From positions 832,001-896,000 of the forward strand of contig OY762209.1 in assembly GCA_963665295.1 (NCBI GenBank): DNA of 64,000 nucleotides, in the 5' to 3' direction. Position 1 is the first letter of the stretch. Every line of letters starts with the position of its first letter. This document shows, in pieces, positions 39,204-50,155 of this stretch. Made by a program: the position numbers and the translations under genes. Source of the DNA: Syntrophorhabdaceae bacterium (lineage in GTDB: Bacteria; Desulfobacterota; Syntrophorhabdia; Syntrophorhabdales; Syntrophorhabdaceae). The notes below the pieces were generated by a model. The model ran no database searches, was not told where the DNA came from, and saw nothing but the letters and a program-made list of their open reading frames with translations.

Positions 39204-40720
39204 ATGAGCAGGCCCTCCCGCTTCAAGATAGCGGCGAGCTTTTCCTCTGCCGCAAACGCTGCTTCGGCGCTTTCTTTGAGCCGTTTCACGGCCTCATCCA
39301 TCGTCAGCACTTCCTGATCGGCTAAAGGCTCCACATAGCGGGGAATATTGAGATTATGGTCGTTGGCGGCGATCTCGTCGAGGCTCACTACCCGGGCAAT
39401 ACCTTTCACATCCTTGTAATCCCGATACCATTTGTAGATATATTCGACGTGCTCGGGGAGAAGCTCATTTTGGGCCCTCCCGGACTTGAACTCTCGCGAG
39501 GCGTCCAGTATGAGCACCTTCTTCTTCCGTTCTTTGGTCTTGCGCTGCCTGAGGACCAGGACACAGGCGGCCAGGCCGGTGCCATAGAAGAGATTCGGCC
39601 CAAGGCCTATGACGGCTTCCAGGAGGTCCATCTGCAGGATCTTCTGTCGTATGGTCCCCTCCTTTCCCATTCGGAATAGCACCCCGTGGGGCAACACTAC
39701 GGCCATCCTGCCCGTGGCGAGGGCCATGGATTTGATCATGTGTTGCACCCAGGCATAATCTCCCGTCTTTGAGGGCGGCATTCCGGCAAAGTTCCGACCA
39801 TAAGGGTCGTTTGTCCACACCTCTTCGCCCCACTTCTGGAGTGAAAAGGGCGGATTGGCGATGACGCAGTCGAAGGTGGCAAGGTTGTCTCCCGAGAAGA
39901 ATGCGGGTTGGCGCAAGGTATCGCCTCGCACTACCTGGAAATCGCTTGCGCCATGATGAAAGAGATTCATCCGGGCTATGGCGGAGGTAGTGAGATTCTT
40001 TTCCTGGCCGAACAGCTTGCCCCAAAGCGTCCTGTCGTCTCCGTGATTCTCCTTTACGTGATGAACGGCTTCGAGTAACATACCGCCGGTGCCGCAGGCC
40101 GGGTCGTAAATGGACTCTCCTTCCCTGGGATCGAGAATATTAACCATCAGCCTCACCACCGAGCGTGGTGTATAAAACTCACCTGCTTTCTTATTCGTGA
40201 GATCGGCAAACTTCTTGATCAGGTACTCGTAAGATTGGCCCAGGATATCCGCCTGAGCCGACTGGTTGCCAAGCGCAATTCCTGAGAAATGTTCAATGAG
40301 GTTCTTGAGCAGGGCGTCGGGCAGACGGTCTTTATTGGACCATGCGGCGTCGCCGAAAATGCCATAAAGCGTCTCGGGGTTCGCCTTCTCTATGCCGCGC
40401 ATAGCCTTTTGAAGGGCTTGGCCGACATTCGTGCCGACCACCCGGACATCGCTCCAATGACAGTCTTCCGGGATTTGAAACCTGTAGTTCTGAGGGAAGC
40501 GGGCATATTCTTCATCGCCATCCGACTCGGCCAGGGCAGCCACATACTCCTCGTCGTAGACATCAGAAATACGCTTGAAAAAGAGCAGGGGGAAGACATA
40601 GGTCTTGAAGTCGGCGGCATCCACGGGGCCGCGCAGGATGTTCGCAGATTCCCAGAGGTGGGCCTCAAGCAGGCTTAAGGTGGCTCCGTTCGCGCCATTT
40701 TTGTTCATCGAGTTTGCCAT
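39200..40720 (-). CDS. hsdM: Type I methyltransferase subunit, NPPF type
   Basis: GEFYTPRSVV, YDPACGTGGML, IANPPF. Confidence 0.95.
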   Translation of the reverse strand: MANSMNKNGANGATLSLLEAHLWESANILRGPVDAADFKTYVFPLLFFKRISDVYDEEYVAALAESDGDEEYARFPQNYRFQIPEDCHWSDVRVVGTNVGQALQKAMRGIEKANPETLYGIFGDAAWSNKDRLPDALLKNLIEHFSGIALGNQSAQADILGQSYEYLIKKFADLTNKKAGEFYTPRSVVRLMVNILDPREGESIYDPACGTGGMLLEAVHHVKENHGDDRTLWGKLFGQEKNLTTSAIARMNLFHHGASDFQVVRGDTLRQPAFFSGDNLATFDCVIANPPFSLQKWGEEVWTNDPYGRNFAGMPPSKTGDYAWVQHMIKSMALATGRMAVVLPHGVLFRMGKEGTIRQKILQMDLLEAVIGLGPNLFYGTGLAACVLVLRQRKTKERKKKVLILDASREFKSGRAQNELLPEHVEYIYKWYRDYKDVKGIARVVSLDEIAANDHNLNIPRYVEPLADQEVLTMDEAVKRLKESAEAAFAAEEKLAAILKREGLLI

Positions 40721-40954
40721 TGGGAACAGTGTGTTTAGGTTTATTCGCTATAATTCTTAATTTTCCACGCGACATTGTCAAGGTAAATCCGGTCCGGGAT
40801 TGAACGGGAGACGATTGGAATAGCCCTCTCCCCTAATACTAACCACACTGTTGATTGTTGATACTCGGGCAAGTCCGAGATATACTGCCACATCACGTAA
40901 TTGGTCAGCTTCTCAGGCGTGCGGGGTGTATGGGCAAACCTTAATGTAGTCATT

Positions 40955-41156
40955 AGGGACGTCCATTAAATAATCAATTTCCCTTGACATCCGTACCCCT
41001 CCCTGATGCCATATCTTCATGCCGAGAAAAGCTCGCATTGATGCCGCAGGGCCCTTAGAGCCGACCCGCTGTCCCGGGAGATCGAGGGCATACTGCCGGT
41101 TTCCAGGGTGAGGGGTGAAAGAGGTGACTAACGTCACTATGCCGAGGATGTCCCCT
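40955..41156 (+). mobile_element. Internally deleted derivative of the RAYT-like element
   Basis: Left end, promoter and first codons MPRKARIDAAG (ATG 41019), then unrelated sequence ending GGATGTCCCCT. Confidence 0.8.
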
Positions 41157-41187
41157 GAGGGCCCCCAAGCTCCGGGAGTTTCGGCGT

Positions 41188-42189
41188 CTACCGGTTGAGC
41201 ACGTACTTCTCCGCGTTCGTGTGGTCTACGGCGGCGCGCTCGGCGACTGTAAGAGGCAGAGAATCGAGGAAACTTCTCATGTCCGCCATATTCTCGTACG
41301 GATAATCGGAACCGAAGAGTATACTCTCAATGCCCAACACATTCTTGGTACAGAAGAAGGCTTCCTTCGACATGTTTCCACTAGTGGTGACCATCACGTT
41401 CTTGTGGGCAAAATAATAGCTGATTTCGTGGTCGTTCTTCAGGGGACCGTGGGCAAAGGCGCTGAAGCGGTTGTCCATGCGGTCCATCAGGAAGGGAAAA
41501 GTCTCGCCGAGATGACCCACGATGACCTGCAAATCCGGGAATTCGTCAAAGACGCCGCTCACGATCAAAGTCAGGACGGTAGTCAGGGTGTCGACGGTGA
41601 AGCCCAGTCCCGGGCCGGCAAAGGAGATTCCCCACCGCGTGTAACGGGGGTCCTGAGGAATGTTGGGGTGGACGTAAACGGGCATTTTCAACTCCGCCGC
41701 GCAGGCGAGCAAAGGGAGGTATTCAGGATCGCTCACGTACTTGTTGGCTCCGTAATTTGAATGGGTATGCCAAAGGACGAAGTTCAGCTCCTTCTTGCAG
41801 CGAATCAACTCCTTGACGGCGGCGTCGATCATGGTAACCGGGAGGCATGCCGAGCCGAGAAAGGCGTCGGGGAATTTCCTGGTGGCCTCGTAAACCTCAT
41901 CATTACAGCTCCGGGCAAGCATCACGGAGTCTTCACCTTCTACCATCTCAACTGACGGACTGCAACTTAAAACCGCTTGAGAAATACCATGCTCTCGCAG
42001 GATTTCGACCCGCTTTTCGCCCATATCCGTAATGTCATACTGGAGCGTCTTCAACGGCACGCCCATGGCGCCGACGGGGTAAAATACGGTGCTCTCAGGA
42101 TCATAGGTGGGCGCTGACGTCCTGCCGGTGAAATAGTCAAGTGTAGCCTTAGTGTAATAATGATTCTCGAAATCTATTTTTTTCTCCAT
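41188..42189 (-). CDS. Amidohydrolase family 2 protein (ACMSD/aromatic decarboxylase-like)
   Basis: IDFENH, PVYVHP, GVFDEFPDLQVIVGHLGETFPF, ILFGSDYPY. Confidence 0.88.
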   Translation of the reverse strand: MEKKIDFENHYYTKATLDYFTGRTSAPTYDPESTVFYPVGAMGVPLKTLQYDITDMGEKRVEILREHGISQAVLSCSPSVEMVEGEDSVMLARSCNDEVYEATRKFPDAFLGSACLPVTMIDAAVKELIRCKKELNFVLWHTHSNYGANKYVSDPEYLPLLACAAELKMPVYVHPNIPQDPRYTRWGISFAGPGLGFTVDTLTTVLTLIVSGVFDEFPDLQVIVGHLGETFPFLMDRMDNRFSAFAHGPLKNDHEISYYFAHKNVMVTTSGNMSKEAFFCTKNVLGIESILFGSDYPYENMADMRSFLDSLPLTVAERAAVDHTNAEKYVLNR

Positions 42190-42761
42190 ACTGTCCTCCC
42201 TTTATCGGAATTTCCTTTGTGACGCTGTGCAAGGCGGAAAGGACCCGCACAATAAGGGATACGCCACCGTCATTGCCCATCTTCAACGTGTAATGTGCCG
42301 GCAGTTAAGGGTATTGTATACCATTCACCCCGGAAGTCAAAGCGATTTGTTCCAAATAGCCTCACCCGCCTTGCTCGTACCGGCGGACACGAATGTACCC
42401 TTTTGCCGCTTTGCGATCTCACGCGGGTCTTGTCCGGAACAGGCAACGCTCTTCAGTGCTCCCTCTGATAATGACTTGCCGTCCCTCTCCATATGGAGGA
42501 TACGTCCGAACGAGGCGATGCCTATACGATAGGGCTTCCGATAAGAGTTGAAAACGGGAGGCCCACCTTCGCGGGTCAACAGGGCGGATGAAAAGAGGTG
42601 AGAACAACGGCTACACCGCCAAAGCAGGCATGTCCGTGAAAAAACTCCCGGAACTATGATAGATAGACTTTGTGACGGGTATAGCCCGGCCGGGCGACAA
42701 AGAGCAATCTCCGCATAATGTACCTTCTATCGTAAAAAAAGGATCGCGCAAAAGATAATGC

Positions 42762-42790
42762 TTGACAATTGCATCAATATATCTTGATAT
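42762..42790 (+). promoter_or_regulatory. sahR promoter (-35 TTGACA) with SahR-type operator
   Basis: ATCAA-N6-TTGAT palindrome (42773-42788) just before the regulator start. Confidence 0.7.
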
Positions 42791-43720
42791 ATGCATATGA
42801 CTTTTGATGTATGCATCGATATCGCGAAGGCCCTCGCGGATCAGACAAGACTCAGGATCGTTGCTCTTCTTGAGGGAATGGAGCTTTCCGTCAAAGAGAT
42901 CACCGAGGTGATAGGCTCCGGGCAATCGGGGATGTCGAGGCATCTCGGGATACTCGCCGGATGCGGTATCCTCGAGTGCAGGAAGGACGGTCTCTGGTCG
43001 TTCTATGTCACCTCTAAAAACGGTGGAGTGAGGGAGATGGTGCAGCCCTATCTGAAGATCCTTCTTGAATCCGATGAAATGAAGATTGACCGGGCGAAGG
43101 GACACGAGATGATCGCGAGGCGTTCGAAGAAGACCCTCGGGTATTTCAACGCAGTGGCACGTGACTGGAATACCCACCGTTACGATATTCTCGGCGGCTT
43201 TGATCTCGATGGGGAGATACTCAAATATATCGGGAATGATCCTGTCGCCGATATCGGATGCGGAAACGGCACCCTCGCGGAGATGATGCTCAGGAAAGGG
43301 CTGAGTGTCATTGGAGTTGACGCCTCGCCGAAGATGATCGATGCTGCGCGAAGGCGTGCGCAGGGCTCCGCAGTGCCGGGTGATTTCCGCATCGGTGAGT
43401 GCGAACACCTTCCCCTCCGTGACAACGAGGTGTCCACAGTGCTCGCGGTGCTTGTTCTCCATCACCTTTCAGATCCTGAACGCGCCCTTTCCGAATTTGC
43501 CCGTGTGTTGAAAAAAGAGGGCAAAGTGATAATTGCCGACCTCGACGCGCACAAAACTGAAAAGCTCCGCCATGAGCAGCATGACCTGCGGCTGGGGCTT
43601 TCGAAGAAAGAGTTGGCGGCATGGCTTTCTCATACCGGATTTTCATTCTGCGAGGATAAGCAGTTCAAGCTTACAAACGGTCTTACCCTTGTGGTTTCGA
43701 TAGCGACCAAGCAAATATAA
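42791..43720 (+). CDS. sahR: ArsR-HTH + SAM-binding methyltransferase-fold regulator (SahR-like)
   Basis: [35 protein letters not shown]; directly upstream of ahcY. Confidence 0.82.
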   Translation: MHMTFDVCIDIAKALADQTRLRIVALLEGMELSVKEITEVIGSGQSGMSRHLGILAGCGILECRKDGLWSFYVTSKNGGVREMVQPYLKILLESDEMKIDRAKGHEMIARRSKKTLGYFNAVARDWNTHRYDILGGFDLDGEILKYIGNDPVADIGCGNGTLAEMMLRKGLSVIGVDASPKMIDAARRRAQGSAVPGDFRIGECEHLPLRDNEVSTVLAVLVLHHLSDPERALSEFARVLKKEGKVIIADLDAHKTEKLRHEQHDLRLGLSKKELAAWLSHTGFSFCEDKQFKLTNGLTLVVSIATKQI

Positions 43721-43733
43721 TTTAAAGGAGAAT

Positions 43734-45161
43734 ATGATGAAAACAAAAGAACTTGATTTTTCACTCCCCTACAAGGTGAAGGACATCGGGCTCGCGGAGC
43801 TCGGGAGAAGACAACTTGTACTGGCTGAAAATGAAATGCCCGGACTCATGGCCGCACGAGAAAAATACGGGAAGGAAAAACCCTTCAAGGGTCTCAAAAT
43901 AGCGGGGTCCCTTCACATGACAATCGAGACTGCGATGCTCATCGAGACCCTCTACGCCCTCGGCGCCGATATCCGCTGGGCGTCCTGCAATATCTTCTCT
44001 ACCCAGGACGAGGCCGCCGCCGCCATAGCCGCCGCGGGCACCGCAAAGGTGTTTGCATGGAAGGGTGAATCACTCGAAGACTACTGGTGGTGCACCGAGC
44101 AGATGCTCACATGGCCTGACGGTTCAGGCCCTGATATGATCGTTGATGACGGCGGAGACGCGACGCTCATGATCCATGAAGGGGTCAAGGTTGAGAAGGA
44201 CCCGACCGTACTCTCCAAAAAATTTGACAACAAGGAATTCCAGATCATTATGGATCGTCTTGCCGATTCGTATGAACTGAATAAAACCAAGTGGACCGAT
44301 ATCGCGAAGAAGGTCAAGGGCGTGTCCGAGGAGACGACCACCGGCGTGCATCGTCTCTATCAGCTGGAGGATCGTGGAGAGCTTCTCTTCCCCGCGGTCA
44401 ACGTAAACGACTCGGTGACGAAATCAAAGTTCGACAACCTCTATGGCTGCCGTGAATCCCTGATTGATGGAATCAAGCGCGCGACGGACATCATGATTGC
44501 GGGCAAGACCTGCGTTGTCGCCGGATACGGTGATGTGGGCAAGGGCTGCGCACAGGCACTCCGCGGTATGGGCGCCACAGTGCTTATCACCGAGATTGAT
44601 CCTATCTGCGCGCTCCAGGCCTCGATGGAAGGATACCGCGTGGTTACCATGGAAGATGCGGCTCCCATCGCCGATATTTTTGTGACTGCAACGGGTTGTG
44701 AGCATGTAATCACCGGTAAGCACATGGAGATGATGAAACATCAGGCGATCATATGCAACATCGGTCACTTCGACAGTGAAATCGAGATGAGCTATCTTGA
44801 AAACGACCCGAATTGCACCCGTGAAAACGTGAAACCTCAGGTCGACAAATGGACCGTCAACTCGGGCCGCACCATTGTGGTGCTTGCCGAAGGGCGTCTC
44901 GTGAACCTTGGCTGCGCCACAGGTCATCCGTCGTTCGTCATGTCGAACTCATTTACGAACCAGACTCTTGCTCAGATGATGCTTTCGAAGGGCGGGCTTG
45001 AAATAAAGGTCTATACTCTTCCGAAATCGCTCGATGAGGAAGTCGCACGACTTCATCTTTCACGGGTCGGCGCCAAACTCACCACTCTTACGAAGAAGCA
45101 GGCCGATTATCTCGGCATTAACGTCGAGGGACCGTACAAGGCCGAAAATTACAGGTACTAA
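43734..45161 (+). CDS. ahcY: Adenosylhomocysteinase
   Basis: [56 protein letters not shown]. Confidence 0.98.
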   Translation: MMKTKELDFSLPYKVKDIGLAELGRRQLVLAENEMPGLMAAREKYGKEKPFKGLKIAGSLHMTIETAMLIETLYALGADIRWASCNIFSTQDEAAAAIAAAGTAKVFAWKGESLEDYWWCTEQMLTWPDGSGPDMIVDDGGDATLMIHEGVKVEKDPTVLSKKFDNKEFQIIMDRLADSYELNKTKWTDIAKKVKGVSEETTTGVHRLYQLEDRGELLFPAVNVNDSVTKSKFDNLYGCRESLIDGIKRATDIMIAGKTCVVAGYGDVGKGCAQALRGMGATVLITEIDPICALQASMEGYRVVTMEDAAPIADIFVTATGCEHVITGKHMEMMKHQAIICNIGHFDSEIEMSYLENDPNCTRENVKPQVDKWTVNSGRTIVVLAEGRLVNLGCATGHPSFVMSNSFTNQTLAQMMLSKGGLEIKVYTLPKSLDEEVARLHLSRVGAKLTTLTKKQADYLGINVEGPYKAENYRY

Positions 45162-45647
45162 GATGCTATTGATGCATAAATAGCAGGACAAATCAGGACG
45201 GCAACATAAGCCGTGACGCTGCTCCATACTACGACAAGAAGGAAGGAGCAGCGTCACGGCGAAAAAACCAGGAAAAAATCCTTACCCCACGAGAAGATAG
45301 CCGGGAAAACTTCGGGCGGCCGCACGGTTTCAATGCGTGCCTGGAAGGAGGGAAGACGTGGCCCGGACACCATCACATTTGCGGGGGTATTGACGGCAAT
45401 GCGGTCTTTATTGCAAATCCTGGAGGACGGCGTCGGATCGTTGCCGTGGACTTCCCGGCCCGTGGGCGCCTTCCCGGCTTCCCCTCCTATTTGTGTTTCA
45501 CTCCAGGGAGTAAGATGGTAAAATGGAGTGAAAGTGCAGTGCCGCCATGGGTGTGAGGCCGAAATGTCGAAATAGTGAACGGCCCGCTCCAGGGGCGATC
45601 GGTACGGGTAGTCCTTGAATACATCACGCAGGAGGAAGGAAGATTTG

Positions 45648-45923
45648 ATGAAACGGCTTACATTTATTGTTTTCGCTCTCGCGGCCCTTTACGGGTGCGC
45701 CACGGACAAGCCGCAGTCGGCGATAATGAACCAACCCGGCGATTACAAACTGGGGTACAGCGACGGGTGCGCCAGCGGTCACTTTGAGGGGGGTCATCCG
45801 TACGACCAGTTTGTGAAGGACAATTACCGCTACATAAAAGATGCCCTCTATTCGCAGGGGTGGAAGGATGGCTTTGTCACCTGCAAAAATGAGTACATTG
45901 CGAAGGAAAGGGACAACCGCTAG
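45648..45923 (+). CDS. Small lipoprotein
   Basis: MKRLTFIVFALAALYGC lipobox; YKLGYSDGC and YSQGWKDGF motifs. Confidence 0.75.
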   Translation: MKRLTFIVFALAALYGCATDKPQSAIMNQPGDYKLGYSDGCASGHFEGGHPYDQFVKDNYRYIKDALYSQGWKDGFVTCKNEYIAKERDNR

Positions 45924-47002
45924 TGTAGTGTCTCAGTAACGCCTTTACAGCGATTCACTTTTTCAAGTATCTCCTCGGCCTTCCTGGTCCATACGAAGGG
46001 TTTGGGGTCTTCGTTGTTGCAGCGAATATATTCTTCGATGGCGGTCACCAGTTCCTGAACGCTTTTGAAGATGCCGCGACGAATTCTCTTTCGTGTGATC
46101 TCCCCGAACCAGCGCTCCACCAGGTTAAGCCACGACGAGCTTGTGGGTGTAAAGTGGGGAACGAAACGGGGGTGTTTTTCGAGCCATGCTTTCACATTGG
46201 GGTGGGTATGAGTTCCGTAGTTGTCGAGAATCATATGGACATCGAGGCCCTTTGGCACCTGACGGTCTATGGTACGCAGGAACTTAAGAAATTCGGTATT
46301 TCTGTGGCGGGGATAGCAGGAGCCTATGACTTTTCCTTCCAGAACATTGAGGGCGGCAAAAAGACAGGTAGTGCCGTTCCTTTTGTAGTCGTGGGTCATC
46401 GTGCCGCAGCGCCCCTTCTTCATCGGTAATCCCGGCTGGGTCCGGTCCAGGGCCTGCACCTGGCTTTTCTCATCCACACAGAGTACCACCGCTTTGTCGG
46501 GAGGATTGAGATAGACGCCCACCACATCGGTCAGTTTCTCCACGAACTTCTTGTCTCTGGACAGCTTGAAAGTTTCTACCCGATGGGGCTGTAGTCCATG
46601 GGCATCCCAGATGCGCTGCACGGTGGCATGGCTCACGCCCTTCTCCTTTGCCATGGTGCGGGTGGACCACTGAGTAGCATCTTTGGGAGTTGTATGGAGC
46701 GTGGCTTCCACGATGGTGCGCACTATCTCCGGGTTAAGGCGCCTTGAACTCGGCCCATGGGGTGCGTCCTCCGATAAGCCCGAGGGGCCCTGTTCTCTGA
46801 AGCGGCCTACCCACAATATCACCGTAGGGCGGGAGGTATTGAGCCTCTTCGCTATGGCGTTATGGGACATCCCTTCTGCCGCGAGCAGGCAGATGCGGGA
46901 GCGTAGAACCACCCTTTGGGGAGTCTTCTTTGCTTTGACCCATGTTTCCAATGTCTTTCTCTGCTCTTCCGTCATGTCTAGCGTACTGGCTGGATTCCAC
47001 AT
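45920..47002 (-). CDS. IS630-family transposase
   Basis: CVDEKSQVQALDR, HDYKRNGT, ILDNYGTH, SWLNLVERWF. Confidence 0.95.
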   Translation of the reverse strand: MWNPASTLDMTEEQRKTLETWVKAKKTPQRVVLRSRICLLAAEGMSHNAIAKRLNTSRPTVILWVGRFREQGPSGLSEDAPHGPSSRRLNPEIVRTIVEATLHTTPKDATQWSTRTMAKEKGVSHATVQRIWDAHGLQPHRVETFKLSRDKKFVEKLTDVVGVYLNPPDKAVVLCVDEKSQVQALDRTQPGLPMKKGRCGTMTHDYKRNGTTCLFAALNVLEGKVIGSCYPRHRNTEFLKFLRTIDRQVPKGLDVHMILDNYGTHTHPNVKAWLEKHPRFVPHFTPTSSSWLNLVERWFGEITRKRIRRGIFKSVQELVTAIEEYIRCNNEDPKPFVWTRKAEEILEKVNRCKGVTETLH

Positions 47003-47060
47003 GCACTATGATAGCATAGCCAAGGGTAATTGTAAAGCTATTAGTGAGACAGTACACTAG
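45920..47060 (-). mobile_element. IS630-family element at a CTAG site
   Basis: Ends CTAGTGTAGTGTCTCAGTAA and TTAGTGAGACAGTACACTAG, 18/20 inverted. Confidence 0.92.
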
Positions 47061-47201
47061 GACGCGAAAACAGGAGCGCGTCGGGTTTGTCCTCCCCGGC
47101 GAACCCATGGTGCGCGTCGAGGCGGCAGTGTCCGTACCCCTTTCTGAGGGTCTGTGAGCATCGGACCCGCAGCACCCTCGCCTTATATGTAATTCTGCTG
47201 T

Positions 47202-48218
47202 TCAGTTGAACGATCTCAGGTGGGAGCGAAGGGTGCCGCCTTTTCTGTTTATGCCCAGCTTCTTCCTGATATGGTATCTGTGGCGGCTGATTGCGTCGGT
47301 GCATACTTTGAGGAAACCTGCAATCTCTTTTGTCGTTCTGCCCTCCCTGATAAGAAGGATCACCTCCATCTCCCTTGGAGTAAAGTCAAAGGAGGCCAAT
47401 TTTCGCGGAAAGGAAGAGAGCAGGTCCTCCAGGTTGTTCTCCACTATATTTACGAGGAGGGTCTGATTCTCGTTCAGCTTGGTCTCTCTTAACATCCTGA
47501 TATATCTCAGCAACAGTTCCTTCACGTTCGACGATATCTTCTCTTCGAGATCCTTTTTGTCTTCTTCCCGCTGTTTGAGCAACACCCTTAGTGCGGTATT
47601 TGCCTCCTCGACGTCGCGTGACTTGGCCCTGAGGGCTGACTCCATGTATGCCCTCTTTTCTATATCCTTCTGAAGTTCCTCGTTGACCCGGGCCAATTCC
47701 GAGGTACGCTCCTTGACCAATTCTTCGAGGCGATCCTGGTACTTCCGGAGTTCCGCCTCTGCTCTCAGGCGTTCCGTAACATCAACGACGATTCCCACCA
47801 CCACCTGCTGGTCTCCCCAGGTGGTAAAGTAACTGTCATAGTGGTCAAGGTATATATCGCGGCCGTCCTTGGCAAGACCGCGGAAGGTCATTCCTTCATC
47901 TGCGGAACGGCCGGAAAACCTGCTTAACATATGCTCTACCATGCGCGGCAGATCGCTCGGATGGACAAGGTCTCTGGCGCCCTTCCTTCCCGCGATCTCA
48001 TCAACGTCATAACCGTGTATTTCCGCCAACTTCCGGTTTACATAGATCAGCCCCTTCCCCGTGTAGAGAAATACGCCTACCGGCAATCGTTCGGCCAGAG
48101 CATGAAACATCCGGGCATTCGCTGGCAGGTTTATCTCCGGCGGCGCAGATCGGGAGGCCACATCAAGGAGACTTGAATAGTTATCTTCTTTTTCGGATCT
48201 CCTGTTTCCTTTCTTCAT
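47202..48218 (-). CDS. PAS + LuxR-HTH transcriptional regulator
   Basis: PAS ending DVTER, coiled coil, FTPREMEVILLIREGRTTKEIA...HRYHIRKKLG. Confidence 0.88.
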   Translation of the reverse strand: MKKGNRRSEKEDNYSSLLDVASRSAPPEINLPANARMFHALAERLPVGVFLYTGKGLIYVNRKLAEIHGYDVDEIAGRKGARDLVHPSDLPRMVEHMLSRFSGRSADEGMTFRGLAKDGRDIYLDHYDSYFTTWGDQQVVVGIVVDVTERLRAEAELRKYQDRLEELVKERTSELARVNEELQKDIEKRAYMESALRAKSRDVEEANTALRVLLKQREEDKKDLEEKISSNVKELLLRYIRMLRETKLNENQTLLVNIVENNLEDLLSSFPRKLASFDFTPREMEVILLIREGRTTKEIAGFLKVCTDAISRHRYHIRKKLGINRKGGTLRSHLRSFN

Positions 48219-48670
48219 TGGATCGCCCCTTCGTCCTTGTCATGAAAGCTGTTCCACAGGGCTATGGGGCGTGGTCGCTTTGTCTCCCCCATTCCCACGA
48301 AGGTTCTCATGATTCCGGTCGTTATGACCAAATTGACACCCTTGCCTTCATTACCGGTTATACCCTGGTTGGCCAGGGTTCCCCTTGTGGGAACGCGCCG
48401 TTCCTCGTCCATAATCCGTCTTTCTCCGGCACAGGTGCCTACCTCATTTTCCTTCCGGCTTTAGAGAATGTCAAGAGCAATGTCATAAGGAAGATACTAC
48501 ATCATGGGAGAAAAGGACCGGGGAGGCTCCAGGACGTTTTCCACTTTACAATATCAAGATGGGTTTGTCTGCCTCCATTCGTCCATGGAGACACCGTGAA
48601 GGCTTTACGGAAAAAAAGAGGGCCGTAACCTGTCGAGTCACGCCCCCTTTTAAACAATGTCAGAAATACA

Positions 48671-49732
48671 TCAGTAGCTATATGCGGTGGGCACCTTTTG
48701 CGCCTTTTCCTGCCCCTTCCAGAATTCGATGCGGTCCTTTATAAATTTGACCCAGCCGTCGACCTCTGCAGGCTTGTAGCCTTTGGCAGAAAGGTCCTTC
48801 TTGTAATCCGCGATAACCGGCTCCACGGCTTTCACCATTTTCGCCTGCTCTGCGTCCGAAACAACAAGCACCTGACCGCCGAGTTTTGTGAAATAATCCC
48901 TGCCTTCGATGTCGATCCTGTTCCATTCAACCGCCCATCTCTCCAGAAATTCCTTGGAGAAGTCGGTGAAGGTCTTCTTCACGTCGGGAGGCAGGCTGTC
49001 CCATCTGCGTTTATTCATGACCACGTAAAAGTTGAAGACGCTCCCGACCTTCCAGGTTGCGGAGGCATATTTCTCCACTTCGCCCAGTTTGAAGCCTTTG
49101 AGCGTCTCAAGAGGGGTGTAGGTGCCGTCGATGACCGCTCTTCTCAGGGCTTCATAGAGATCGACCGTCTCGATGGGCATGGGTACCGCGCCTAAGGCCT
49201 TCACGATGTCGCCGATCCTGCCCGTACCCCTGATCTTCATGCCCTTGAACTCTTCGAGGGTCTTTACCGGTTTCTTCAGCGTCTGGATCACGTTCGGCGG
49301 GCTCGTGGAGAACATAAGGGGATGGAACTGGTCCCACTCTTTCGGTTTGTACTTGTCATAGAAATCCATGCTCACGTGGCTCGCGATCCAACTACTCGGG
49401 AACCCCAGGGGCAACTCCATGATCTCCGTGACCGGGAAGCGTCCGCGCGAATACGACAGATGCGAGAGGCCTATATCTGCGATCCCGCTTTGGACGCCCG
49501 CGGCCATCTTCGGCGCTGTGAGCAGCGTCCCGCCTGTATACTGGGTCACTTCCACCTTGCCTGCGAGCTTCTTGTTGATCTCTTCGCAGTACTTGCCCAT
49601 CATGACCGAGTTCATGTGGGTGGGCGGAAAATAGTTTGCAAACTTGAGCTTGATGACCTCTGCGCCGGCCATGGATGAAACAGAGACCAGAAACAATACA
49701 AACAACGACGCAACTACCAATTTCCTGATCAT
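48671..49732 (-). CDS. dctP: TRAP transporter substrate-binding protein
   Basis: Signal peptide, GRFPVTEIMELP, FKGMKIR, ALGAVP, YEALRRAVIDG, VVMNKRRWDSLP. Confidence 0.9.
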   Translation of the reverse strand: MIRKLVVASLFVLFLVSVSSMAGAEVIKLKFANYFPPTHMNSVMMGKYCEEINKKLAGKVEVTQYTGGTLLTAPKMAAGVQSGIADIGLSHLSYSRGRFPVTEIMELPLGFPSSWIASHVSMDFYDKYKPKEWDQFHPLMFSTSPPNVIQTLKKPVKTLEEFKGMKIRGTGRIGDIVKALGAVPMPIETVDLYEALRRAVIDGTYTPLETLKGFKLGEVEKYASATWKVGSVFNFYVVMNKRRWDSLPPDVKKTFTDFSKEFLERWAVEWNRIDIEGRDYFTKLGGQVLVVSDAEQAKMVKAVEPVIADYKKDLSAKGYKPAEVDGWVKFIKDRIEFWKGQEKAQKVPTAYSY

Positions 49733-50155
49733 TTTACTACCCCCTTATTTCTGTTTTGTGAATCAGACTGCCTGCGGCAATACCTTCCATTGTTTATGCT
49801 TTCCTGTATTTCTCCAGCCTCACCTCCTTACCGAATCCCCGCTTAAGACTCTCACTTATAGAACACCGAAGGCAACCAGAGAGCGAGTTGGGGAAACGCG
49901 AAGAGCAGGCCCCACATAATATTTTCAGGCACCTCCGGCGCGGTTGATATCCGGATTATGACTGATCTCGTTGAATTATTCCGTTGCAGGTGAAAGGGAA
50001 TATGCTTTAACTTTGTCCGATCGTAACTTTACAAGCTTGTCGGGTTCCTTCACGTGCCGGCCGTTTCAGCGCAGGGCGCAGGGCGGAGAAGGGTTGAAAG
50101 TCCGGAAGTCCCTTTCTCCCCATGTCTCTCCGCCGTACGCTCCACCCTTGTTTTC

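Noticed and set aside
42791..45161. Functional link between sahR-ahcY and the neighbouring DNA methyltransferases
   Set aside because: sahR-ahcY is a common stand-alone unit and is separated from the R-M operon by an element remnant and another gene. Proximity alone is not evidence.
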